From NCBI GenBank assembly GCA_964408215.1, contig CAYOYQ010000001.1, positions 4,059-68,058 of the forward strand: a stretch of DNA of 64,000 nucleotides, read 5' to 3'. The position numbers were made by a program, and so were the translations under genes. Of this stretch, positions 9,449 to 17,585 are shown piece by piece. The notes beneath the pieces are model-generated. The model made no database searches. It was not told the origin of the DNA and saw nothing but the letters and a program-made list of their open reading frames with translations. This stretch comes from an uncultured Eubacteriales bacterium (GTDB taxonomy: Bacteria; Acidobacteriota; Aminicenantia; Aminicenantales; Saccharicenantaceae). The stretch's first letter is position 1. Each line of letters opens with the position of its first letter.

Positions 9449-11235
9449 CGCCGCTTGGCCGCCTCGGCCCGGGCCTCGGCCAGCACGTCGGCGATGAGGA
9501 CGGGCCGGCCGCCTTGGGCCTTGCTCCGGTCGGCGGCGGTCATGAACGCGTAGATCTCGACCGTCTCGTCCTCGGCGACCGGCGGCCGGCCGGTGGCGAA
9601 GAACTCCGCGATCGCCTTCAGCATGGGCGTGTAGTCGCTGCCCATCGGCAGGTATTCGATCTTCTTTTCGGCGAAGACCGTCCCGCCGTAGCTGTGCTCG
9701 CTCGAGCGGAGCCCTCGGAACGTCCCGATGCGCCCGTCCTCCCATTGGCCCACGCAGAACTCGGTGTCGTCCGTCCGGAAACGGCTCACGGAAAGACAAC
9801 CGGGGCCCATGACCGTGTAGAGGATCTCGACGCCGTGGATGCCGTACCAGTAGAGGTCGGGATGGGTCGGCTCCAAGGCGGCCCAGCTGAAGGCGTCGGC
9901 GCCCTTGACCGCCCCCTGGGACCCGCCGCGGAGCTCCAGGGCGCCGGGGATCCAGCGGAGGGACGAGGCGCTGAAAACGGGGATCTTCTTCGCCCGGGCC
10001 GCGTCGAAAAGCGTGATGATGTCCGCGAGGGTGGCGGCCATCGGCTTGTCGATATAGAGGGGCTTGCCCGCCTCGATCGCCGGCAGGGCCTGTTCGAGAT
10101 GGACGCGGCCGTCGTTCGACGTGAGCAGGACGAAGTCGATCTTCCGGAGGAGCGTCGGGATCGAATCGACGATCTCGATCCCCATGTCCCGCATCTCTTT
10201 GAGATACCCCGGCACGCGCGAGACGCTGGACTCGATGTCCCGGCTTCCCTGGGGGTAGGCGGCGACGACCCGCAACCCCTTGAAATCCTCCGCCGAGGCG
10301 TTCCGGGCGTTGAATGTGCGGGCGAAAGCCGGAGCATGAGAAGTATCAAGGCCGATGAGGCCGACGCGCTTCCCGGCTTCGGCCGCACTGATCAGGTCCA
10401 CTGTTTGGCCGAGCTCGCGCACCTTGAGATTGCGGAAGGCGTAAGCGCCGTTGTGGTCCTGGAGAGCGATGTGGCCCCTCTTCTTCCGGGCGAAGGCCTC
10501 GATCCTGGCGAACTTGCTCTCGGCGAGGCTCTTCTCGAACGACGCGGCGGCCGTGTCGACGTCCACGACCTTGACGCCGTTGAGCCAATGCTCGATCCGC
10601 GTTCCCTGGAAGAGGATGCGCGACCTGTTCCATTGGCCCGCAGGCCGCGCGGCCGTGCCCGGCGTCGCCGGGACCAGGTCGTAGAGGCTCCCGGATCTCT
10701 GCTTCGGCGTCAGCGGCTCGGGAAAGCCGCGATCGTCGATCAGCTGATATTCGTACCCGAGCGTGCCGCGGGAGGGGCGGCCGTCGCTCGTGAGGCTCTC
10801 GTCGACGTTGTACTTGACCCCGCTGTTGGCGCCCTTGGCCACCTTCCATTCGAAAGCGAACTCGAGATCGACGAAGGCCTCTCGGGTGATGATGTCGCCG
10901 CCGAGGACCGGCTGGCCGTCCGGCAGGGTCGCCCCGGCAGGCGAATCCGCCCTGACGATCGATCCGTCCTTCACGCCCCAGATGCGTTCGGGGACCGTCT
11001 CGCTCCCGACGCCCCGCCAATCCGCGAGGTCCCGGCCGTTGAAGAGGAGCCGCCAACCTTGGGCCTCCTCCTGCGGGGTCAGCGCGTTGGGCGCCGCGGC
11101 CGCCCGCCCGGCCTGTTGGGCCCCGCCCAGGGACTGCCGGTGGCCGGCCGTGAGGATGGCCCCGACCGCCAGGAGCCCCAGGACCGCGAAACGAGCCGGC
11201 CTCTTCCTGTTGATGCTCGCCTGCATTCTGTCCAT
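9445..11235 (-). CDS. DUF1080 (3-keto-disaccharide hydrolase-like) domain fused to Gfo/Idh/MocA-type oxidoreductase, secreted
   Basis: Start MDRMQASINRK at 11235, with a GGAGGA RBS. Signal peptide, then GWRLLFNGRDLADWRG...GYEYQLIDD...GSLYDL...HWLNGVKVVD (DUF1080). Then KRVGLIGLDTSHAPAF... (Rossmann N-terminus of the Gfo/Idh/MocA family). Confidence 0.8.
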   Translation of the reverse strand: MDRMQASINRKRPARFAVLGLLAVGAILTAGHRQSLGGAQQAGRAAAAPNALTPQEEAQGWRLLFNGRDLADWRGVGSETVPERIWGVKDGSIVRADSPAGATLPDGQPVLGGDIITREAFVDLEFAFEWKVAKGANSGVKYNVDESLTSDGRPSRGTLGYEYQLIDDRGFPEPLTPKQRSGSLYDLVPATPGTAARPAGQWNRSRILFQGTRIEHWLNGVKVVDVDTAAASFEKSLAESKFARIEAFARKKRGHIALQDHNGAYAFRNLKVRELGQTVDLISAAEAGKRVGLIGLDTSHAPAFARTFNARNASAEDFKGLRVVAAYPQGSRDIESSVSRVPGYLKEMRDMGIEIVDSIPTLLRKIDFVLLTSNDGRVHLEQALPAIEAGKPLYIDKPMAATLADIITLFDAARAKKIPVFSASSLRWIPGALELRGGSQGAVKGADAFSWAALEPTHPDLYWYGIHGVEILYTVMGPGCLSVSRFRTDDTEFCVGQWEDGRIGTFRGLRSSEHSYGGTVFAEKKIEYLPMGSDYTPMLKAIAEFFATGRPPVAEDETVEIYAFMTAADRSKAQGGRPVLIADVLAEARAEAAKRR

Positions 11236-11246
11236 CGAGGTCCTCC

Positions 11247-12707
11247 TCAGACGGCGGCTTTCTTCGAGGGGATGAGGAACGTCGCCAGGACGGCGGCGGC
11301 CCCCGCGACGATGAACGTCATCACCCGCGCGGTGATCGCCTTGTCGAGGCCGGTGCTGATCCAAAGGACGGTGAAGAGCAGGCCGGTGACGATCGTCACC
11401 AGGGCGGCCCACCCGTGAAAGCGCTTCCAGAACAGGGTCGACAGGATGACGATCGAGAAGGTGCTGCCGATGCCGGCCCAGACGTAGCCGACCAGCGTGT
11501 AGATCAGGTTGGACGGGGACACGTAGGCGAGCGCCAGGGCGGCCGCGGCCAGGAGGGCCGTGATGGCCCGCGACCGCGCGAGGCTCGTCCGGCGGGCCCG
11601 CTCCTTGTCCTTCATGAGCGGCGTGATGATGTTCTCCGAGAGCTCCGACGCCGAGAGGATGAGGAGCGAATCGGCCGTCGAGACCATGGCGGCGATGGCC
11701 CCGGTGATGAGCACGGCGGCCAGATAGGGCGGGAAGAGCCGCAGCATCACGGACGGCATGACGTATTCGGGGTCTTGCAGCCCGCCCGGCCCGAACAGGG
11801 CCAGGCCGATGAGGCCGAGGGTGATGGCGCCGATGTAGGCCACGATCGTCCAGGCGATGCCGACGTTGCGGCCCCGCTTGGCCTGCTTGGCGTCCCGGAT
11901 GGCCATGAAGCGCATGCTCAATTGGGGCTGGCCGCCGAGATAGCCGAAGAACCAGGACAGCCCGCCCATGATGGCGGCGCCGGCCGCGAACCCCGACAGG
12001 GCCCCCGTCAGCGTGAAATACTGGGGACCGGCCTTGGCCAGGGCCTCCGGAATGGACCGGGCGAAGACGTCCGGCATCCGGCCGATGGCGATGAGGCCGA
12101 CGACGGGCCCGACGACGAGCGTCGCGATCATCACCAGCGCCTGGACGACGTCGGTGTAGACGACGCTCCGGAACCCGCCGTAGACCGTGTAGGGGACGAT
12201 GATGACCGCCGTGATGAGCATGCCGATCCGGGGATCGAGATGGAACATGGTGAAGAGCGTCTTGCCGCCCCCGAGGAACTGGGCGCCGACGTAAAAGAAA
12301 AAGAAGAAGATGATGGTCGCGCTGCCGACGATGCGGATCCAGTGTCCCACCTCGCCGTGGCGCTTGGCGATGTAGTCGCTGAAGGTCGTGACCTGGTACT
12401 TTTCGGCCTCGTCCCTCAGCCTCCAGGCGACGGTGGCCCAGACGGTCAGGATGCCGGCGACGCAGCCCACGGCCGTCCAGATGCTGGTCAGCCCGGAGGC
12501 GTAGGCGAAGCCGGGCAGGCCCAGGAGGGCCCAGGACGATTCTCCCGTCGCGCGCTCGGACAGGGCGGCGGCCCAACCGGGGAGGTTCCGCCCGGCGATG
12601 GCGTAGTCGGCGTCGGTCTTGACCTTGCGGCCCTGATAGAGCCCCCAGGAGATGAGCAACACCAGGTAAGCGATCATGACGATCAGGATCTGGGTCTGAT
12701 GTTCCAT
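11247..12707 (-). CDS. Sodium:solute symporter (SSS family)
   Basis: 486 aa polytopic membrane protein. The N-terminus YAIAGRNLPGWAAALSERATGESSWALLGLPG is typical of PutP/SGLT-type SSS carriers. Its stop is 11 nt upstream of the next start. Confidence 0.9.
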   Translation of the reverse strand: MEHQTQILIVMIAYLVLLISWGLYQGRKVKTDADYAIAGRNLPGWAAALSERATGESSWALLGLPGFAYASGLTSIWTAVGCVAGILTVWATVAWRLRDEAEKYQVTTFSDYIAKRHGEVGHWIRIVGSATIIFFFFFYVGAQFLGGGKTLFTMFHLDPRIGMLITAVIIVPYTVYGGFRSVVYTDVVQALVMIATLVVGPVVGLIAIGRMPDVFARSIPEALAKAGPQYFTLTGALSGFAAGAAIMGGLSWFFGYLGGQPQLSMRFMAIRDAKQAKRGRNVGIAWTIVAYIGAITLGLIGLALFGPGGLQDPEYVMPSVMLRLFPPYLAAVLITGAIAAMVSTADSLLILSASELSENIITPLMKDKERARRTSLARSRAITALLAAAALALAYVSPSNLIYTLVGYVWAGIGSTFSIVILSTLFWKRFHGWAALVTIVTGLLFTVLWISTGLDKAITARVMTFIVAGAAAVLATFLIPSKKAAV

Positions 12708-12860
12708 CCGGCTCTCCAGTCGGCTAGGGGATAGCGGGCCGCTATAAGTTAACCCGGCCCGGCCGGAAGTTCAACCGAAAAGAAGGCCACAAGTACGAGC
12801 GATGGGACGCCCTGGAATTCATGCCGCTTCCGGCCCGCCGGGTTCGGCGGGCCGCCGAGG

Positions 12861-13892
12861 TCAGAAGATGTCCAGGTCGCGGCCGTAGATGACCTTGCCC
12901 TTGTAGCCCTTCCGGATCTCCTTGAGCATGTCCGCGGGGCCGCTCGCGAAGTGCATCTCGTGGACGAGGATGAGGAGACGGGGCTTCACGGCCTCGGCGA
13001 TCTTCGCCAGCTCGGAGGTCGAGGTGTGGAAGGCCTTGTAGTAGTCGCGTGTGGCCGGGTCGAGGTAGGCGAAGTTCTTCTCGCAATACACCTCGTGGAT
13101 GAGGACATCGCAGCCTCGGGCCTCTTCGACCAGCCTGTCCGAGGGGGCGGTGTCCCCGGACCACACGACCTTCAAGTCGGGGGTATCGAAGCGGAAGCCA
13201 TACGCCTCGGACCAGCTGCCGTGGTTGACCGGGAAGGCCCGGACCGTGACCCTTTCGTCCTTGTAGACGACACCCGACCGCATCGGGCGGACTTCGACCT
13301 CGAGCCCGCGGGGGTTCGGGCTCACCGGCAGGGCCTGGGTGTGCTTGTAGCTCAGCTCGTAGGCTTTTTGGATGTGGCCGACCATGTCGCTCAGGCCTTC
13401 TGGGCCGTAAAGGACCAGGGGTTCGGCCCGGCCGGTCATCCAGGGAGTGGTGATCAGGTCGGGGAGGCCCAACGTGTGGTCGGAATGGAGGTGCGTGCAG
13501 AAGCCCAGGCTCAGGCGGGCGGTCGTCAGCCCCGATATCCCGGCTTTCTGGACGGCCTGGACCCGGCGGACGACGCCCACGCCGAAATCGACCAAATAGG
13601 GCCTTTCATCGACGACGAGGACGCTCCCGGGGCCGAAGCTCTCCGGCTGGGGGATAGGAGTCCCGGTGCCCAGGAGCACGAGCCGGGTCCGTCTGGCCAA
13701 CCGGGGGTGGATCCGATAAGCGTCGTACCGCTCCGGCTTGATGATCGGAAAAGGCGCCTGGTCTTGAGCGGTCTGGGCCGGGGGCTTGGGCGGTTCGGTG
13801 GTTTGCTGAGTCGCGGCGGAGCGGACGGCGACGGCCGCCGTTAGGAGAAGGAGGAACCCTCCCGCTCCCGCAAGGATCCGTTTGACGCGCAA
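12861..13892 (-). CDS. MBL-fold metallo-hydrolase, secreted
   Basis: 343 aa with a signal peptide and an HLHSDH (HxHxDH) motif. TTG start at 13892, preceded by GGAGGA 8 nt upstream. Confidence 0.8.
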   Translation of the reverse strand: MRVKRILAGAGGFLLLLTAAVAVRSAATQQTTEPPKPPAQTAQDQAPFPIIKPERYDAYRIHPRLARRTRLVLLGTGTPIPQPESFGPGSVLVVDERPYLVDFGVGVVRRVQAVQKAGISGLTTARLSLGFCTHLHSDHTLGLPDLITTPWMTGRAEPLVLYGPEGLSDMVGHIQKAYELSYKHTQALPVSPNPRGLEVEVRPMRSGVVYKDERVTVRAFPVNHGSWSEAYGFRFDTPDLKVVWSGDTAPSDRLVEEARGCDVLIHEVYCEKNFAYLDPATRDYYKAFHTSTSELAKIAEAVKPRLLILVHEMHFASGPADMLKEIRKGYKGKVIYGRDLDIF

Positions 13893-13977
13893 GATCGTCG
13901 TCCTCCGCCGAAGCTGCCCGCGATAAAAGTACGCGGGAAGACGGGGATTGTCAAACGGAAGCCGCGGCCGGGCGGGG

Positions 13978-16110
13978 TCAGTGGTTCGCCGCCAGGCACT
14001 CCTGGATCGCAGCGTCCAGGCTCGCCTTCTCCGTGGGCGAGAGGCTCTGGTAGGCGCGTTCCTTGTAGGCCAGGAGATGGGCCTGGGCCCGCTCGTAGTC
14101 CCGTTTCGCGAGGAAGGCCTGGCCGAGCTGGTATTCGACGCTCGCGAGGTCGGGCTTGAGGCTCCGCGCGGTCTCGAGCGCCGTGACGGCCCGGTCGGTC
14201 TGGCCCGATTCGAGATAGGCCCGGCCGAGGAGGGCGTGCGCTCCGGCGTTGTTGGGATCGAGAGCGAGGACCCGCAGGAAGAGCGGGATGGCCTCGGCGC
14301 ATTCCCCCTGGTCCTTCGTCTCCAGGAAGAGCGAGAGGTGCGCGGCGGCCGCGTTGTACAGGGCGGCCAGGTATTCGCCGTCCGCGGAGACGGCTCTCTC
14401 GAAAGAGGCGGCCGCCCGGCGCGTGTCCTTGAGCTTCAGGAAGGCCAGGCCCTCGCAGAACCAGACCTCGCCGTCGTGTTCCATCTGCGGCAGGCCCGGC
14501 GCCTCGTCCACGACCCGGACGACGTCCCGCCATCTCTCCGCCGCGACGAGGTTGGCGACGTAGCTCGTGAGCAGGTCGTAGCTCGAAGGGAAACGGCGCC
14601 ATCCGGCCGCGAGGACTTCCAGGGCCTTGACCCGGTCCTTCGAGTCCAGGTAAAGTCCGGCCAGGTTGACATAGGCGGCGTCCAGGGTCCTCTGTTCTTG
14701 GATCAAGCTCTGAAGCTCCCGGACGGCCTCGCTGTGCCGTCCCCGGGACTTGAGGTTGTAGGCGTCCATGATCCTGTTGAACAGGGGCAGGAGCGTCTTG
14801 GGATCGTCGTCGACGGTGAACGTGGTCTTCTTGTTGCCGCCCGCGGACGAGAGGTAGCCCAGGCTCTCGAGCTTCTCCTTGAGCTCGGCGCCGGTCTTGG
14901 TCCGCGACTCCACGGGGGCCGCCGGCGTCAGGCCGGCGATGAGGTGCTCCAGGGCCGGTCCGCAGCCGGTCCGGAAGGCGGTCGAGGCCAGGTTCCTCTT
15001 CTCGCCGGAGTCCGAGGCCAGGTCATAGACCTCGGGCAAAGGAGAATCGACATACTTCCTGTCGCCCTCGATGTAGCCCTGCAGGGGAGCCCAGCCCATC
15101 TCGTAAAAGGGGCTGAGGCATTCGAAGTAGATCTTCCGGGCCTGAAGGGACTTGCCGGAGAGGGCCGCCCGGACCGACCGGCCCTGCAGCCCGGCCGGGG
15201 CCGAGAGGTCCAGAAGGTCGAGGACCGTCGGCACGATGTCGCTGTGGCCCACCGGGTCCGCCGACCGGGCGGGACCGAAGCCCGGCGCGGCGATGACGAG
15301 CGGCACGCGGAGCGTCGGATTGTAGGTGAGAAAGCCGTGGGTCCGCTCGCCGTGATCGCCGAGGCCTTCGCCGTGGTCGGCCGTCAGCACGACAACCGTC
15401 CGCGCGGACGTCCCTTTCTCGTCGAGCGTCCGGAACAGGCGTCCCAGGGCGAAGTCGGTGTAAGCGACCTCGCCGTCGTAGGGATCGGCTTTGTACCTCG
15501 ACCGATAGGGCTCCGGGGGAGCGTAGTCCGAGTGCGGATCGTACACGTGGATCCAGAGGAACCAGGGCCCGTCGCCGGCCGTCTCCAGCCATTTCAGGGC
15601 CTTCGCGACCGTCGTTTCGGCCTTCTGCTCGGCGGGTGATGTTTTCGGCGTCCCGGGGGCCATGAACGTGTCGTCGTAGACGTCGAAGCCCTGGTCGAGG
15701 CCGAACCGGGAATCGAGCGGGCTCGCCGAGACGAACGCGGCCGTTCTGTAGCCCTGCGCCTTCAGGCGCTCGGCCAGCGTGACGTTCTCCGGGCTGACCA
15801 TGAAATCGATGTTGTCGTGGACGCCGTGGGCGAGCGGGGTCGTCCCGGTGAGGATGCTGGCGTGGGAGGGGAGGGTCAGGGGCGCGTGGGCGAAGGCCCG
15901 GGTGAAGACCGTTCCGCGCTTGGCCAGCTTGTCGATGGCCGGGGTCGAAACGGGGGAGTTGCCGTAGATGCCGACCCGGTCGGCCCGCAGGGTGTCGACC
16001 GTGACGAGCAGGACGTTGAGGCGTGCTTGAGGCGCAGCCGCCGCCTCGACAGGCAGGGCGAGGAGCGCGGCCAAGATAAGGAACGCCGGGATCGAAGCCG
16101 GCTTTTTCAT
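13978..16110 (-). CDS. Sulfatase-fold (alkaline-phosphatase superfamily) enzyme with C-terminal TPR repeats, secreted (paralogue 1)
   Basis: Start MKKPASIP at 16110 (AAGGAGA RBS). NVLLVTVDTLRADR metal-site N-terminus and DHGEGLGDHGE. The active-site segment reads TLPSHASILTG. The C-terminal ~300 aa are TPR-like. The upstream part of ORF 13978..16731 was rejected. Confidence 0.85.
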   Translation of the reverse strand: MKKPASIPAFLILAALLALPVEAAAAPQARLNVLLVTVDTLRADRVGIYGNSPVSTPAIDKLAKRGTVFTRAFAHAPLTLPSHASILTGTTPLAHGVHDNIDFMVSPENVTLAERLKAQGYRTAAFVSASPLDSRFGLDQGFDVYDDTFMAPGTPKTSPAEQKAETTVAKALKWLETAGDGPWFLWIHVYDPHSDYAPPEPYRSRYKADPYDGEVAYTDFALGRLFRTLDEKGTSARTVVVLTADHGEGLGDHGERTHGFLTYNPTLRVPLVIAAPGFGPARSADPVGHSDIVPTVLDLLDLSAPAGLQGRSVRAALSGKSLQARKIYFECLSPFYEMGWAPLQGYIEGDRKYVDSPLPEVYDLASDSGEKRNLASTAFRTGCGPALEHLIAGLTPAAPVESRTKTGAELKEKLESLGYLSSAGGNKKTTFTVDDDPKTLLPLFNRIMDAYNLKSRGRHSEAVRELQSLIQEQRTLDAAYVNLAGLYLDSKDRVKALEVLAAGWRRFPSSYDLLTSYVANLVAAERWRDVVRVVDEAPGLPQMEHDGEVWFCEGLAFLKLKDTRRAAASFERAVSADGEYLAALYNAAAAHLSLFLETKDQGECAEAIPLFLRVLALDPNNAGAHALLGRAYLESGQTDRAVTALETARSLKPDLASVEYQLGQAFLAKRDYERAQAHLLAYKERAYQSLSPTEKASLDAAIQECLAANH

Positions 16111-16237
16111 ATCGGATCTCCTTGAAGTCGGATCCGAACGTCCTGTGCAGGCGTCGCGAGACCCGATCTTTCTTTCCACGAGTTTAGACGGCGCGAGGGG
16201 GGCTTTCTTCCCTGGGGCCCTTAGGCCGGGAGCCGGG

Positions 16238-16265
16238 TTGACAGATCCCTCGCCCCGGATAGGAT
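16238..16265 (+). promoter_or_regulatory. Candidate promoter for the cytochrome pair (possibly a leaderless transcript)
   Basis: TTGACA (16238-16243), 16-nt spacer, TAGGAT (16260-16265). The ATG at 16273 is only 7 nt after the -10 element. Confidence 0.35.
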
Positions 16266-16272
16266 AGGGGGG

Positions 16273-16866
16273 ATGAAAGCCCTGGCCGTCGCGGTGATCA
16301 TCGGGCTGACGTCCGTGCCGGCCTCTCCGTCCTCCCCGCCGGGGCGCGTCGAGGCCGACTGCCTCGCCTGTCACGCCGACGAGGATCTGGGCGCCTTTTC
16401 CCGGTCCGTCCACGGCCAGGCCGGCGTCGGCTGCACCGGCTGCCACGCCGATCTCGCCGGGGTCGAGGACTTCCCCCACCCCCCGAAGCTCCAGCCCGCG
16501 GTCTGCGCCGCCTGCCACGGGGACGAGGCCCGGGGCTCGCTCGTCGGCGTCCATCGCCTGGCCAGCCCGCGGCTCGCCAAGAGTCCCGTCGGCTGCAAGG
16601 ACTGCCACGGCTATCACGATATCATGGCCTTGGCGGACGAGTCTTCCGTCCTGAGCGCGGCCCGCCGGCCGGCGACCTGCGCGAAATGCCATCCGCGAGC
16701 CGGAGCGAACTATTCCCGGGGCCGGGTCCACGATGTCGCGGCGGCCGGGCGGCCCTCGCCGGCCCGCGTCGTCGGGGCCCTTTATCTGATCTTCATCGGC
16801 GTCATGACCACCTTTTTTCTCGCCTATGTCTCGGTCGACCTCCTGGGCGCGCGGAGAGAGCGGTGA
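16273..16866 (+). CDS. Pentahaem c-type cytochrome with C-terminal membrane anchor
   Basis: 197 aa with five CxxCH motifs (CLACH, CTGCH, CAACH, CKDCH, CAKCH). Hydrophobic C-terminal helix VVGALYLIFIGVMTTFFLAYVSV. Confidence 0.85.
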   Translation: MKALAVAVIIGLTSVPASPSSPPGRVEADCLACHADEDLGAFSRSVHGQAGVGCTGCHADLAGVEDFPHPPKLQPAVCAACHGDEARGSLVGVHRLASPRLAKSPVGCKDCHGYHDIMALADESSVLSAARRPATCAKCHPRAGANYSRGRVHDVAAAGRPSPARVVGALYLIFIGVMTTFFLAYVSVDLLGARRER

Positions 16867-17585
16867 ACGCGCCGGAGCCGACGGTCTTCATTCGCGACGA
16901 TGAGATCTTCGTCCGGATGACCCGGACGGAGCGCTGGCAGCACCTCCTGCTCGCGGCCTCGTTCGCGGTCCTGGCCGTGACCGGCCTGATGGCTCTTTTC
17001 GGACGGGGCGGCAGTGCGGCCTGGCGCGGCGTCCTTCATCGCTCCGCCGCGCTCATTCTCATCGGGGACCTCGTTTGGCACGTCCTCTATGTCCTTCTTA
17101 CGGAGAGGGGGCGGCGGAACCTCCGGGAGAAAAAGCCCGGCCGTCAGGACTTCCGGGACGTTCTGGCCCATTTCCGCCGCGCGCCCCGGCCGGGACCCGG
17201 TCGCTTCGACGTGGCCGCAAAGCTCGATTACTGGGCGTTCATCCTGGGAGCGGGCGTTATGATCTTCACCGGGTTCTTCATGTGGGCCTCGGGGCTCTCG
17301 CTGCGGCTCTTCCCGTTAGCCCTCCACCAGGCCTTCGTCGTCGTCCATGGCTACGAGGCCATCCTGGCCGTCTTGGCCATCCTCGTTTGGCACATGTACA
17401 CCGTTCACCTCAAGCCGGGGGTCTTTCCGATGAGCCGGGTCTGGCTCGACGGCCGGATCTCCGGGGCGGACCTGAAGCGGTTCCACCCGCTCGAATACCG
17501 GCGCATTTGGGAGGAAAGGCTCAACGCTTGGCGGTCAGGACCTTTTGGATCAGGGCGTCGAGGCCGGCCTTCTCCGTCGCCGTGA
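16863..17585 (+). CDS. b-type cytochrome membrane subunit (FdnI / Ni-Fe hydrogenase cytochrome b-like)
   Basis: The GTG start at 16863 overlaps the upstream TGA (GTGA). RMTRTERWQHLLLAASFAVLAVTG is the family N-terminal motif. About four TM helices with conserved His residues (WHVLY, VHGYEA, WHMYTVH). Confidence 0.75.
   Translation: MNAPEPTVFIRDDEIFVRMTRTERWQHLLLAASFAVLAVTGLMALFGRGGSAAWRGVLHRSAALILIGDLVWHVLYVLLTERGRRNLREKKPGRQDFRDVLAHFRRAPRPGPGRFDVAAKLDYWAFILGAGVMIFTGFFMWASGLSLRLFPLALHQAFVVVHGYEAILAVLAILVWHMYTVHLKPGVFPMSRVWLDGRISGADLKRFHPLEYRRIWEERLNAWRSGPFGSGRRGRPSPSP

Noticed and set aside
9449-9799. N-terminal extension of the nucleotidyltransferase-kinase ORF (ORF track start at 9799). 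Analogous extensions are 11236-12576, 16111-16731, 43904-45097, 20415-22313, 26375-26935, 53293-53673 and 56517-57176.
   Set aside because: The extensions run through the upstream gene in another frame and are Arg/Gly/Pro-rich. The internal starts chosen coincide with RBSs, signal peptides or family N-terminal motifs, and with stop/start overlaps of the preceding gene.
12832-12853. GC hairpin GGCCCGCCG-GGTT-CGGCGGGCC downstream of the MBL gene as an intrinsic terminator
   Set aside because: The stem is real, but no U-tract follows on the minus strand. It is too weak to list as a feature.
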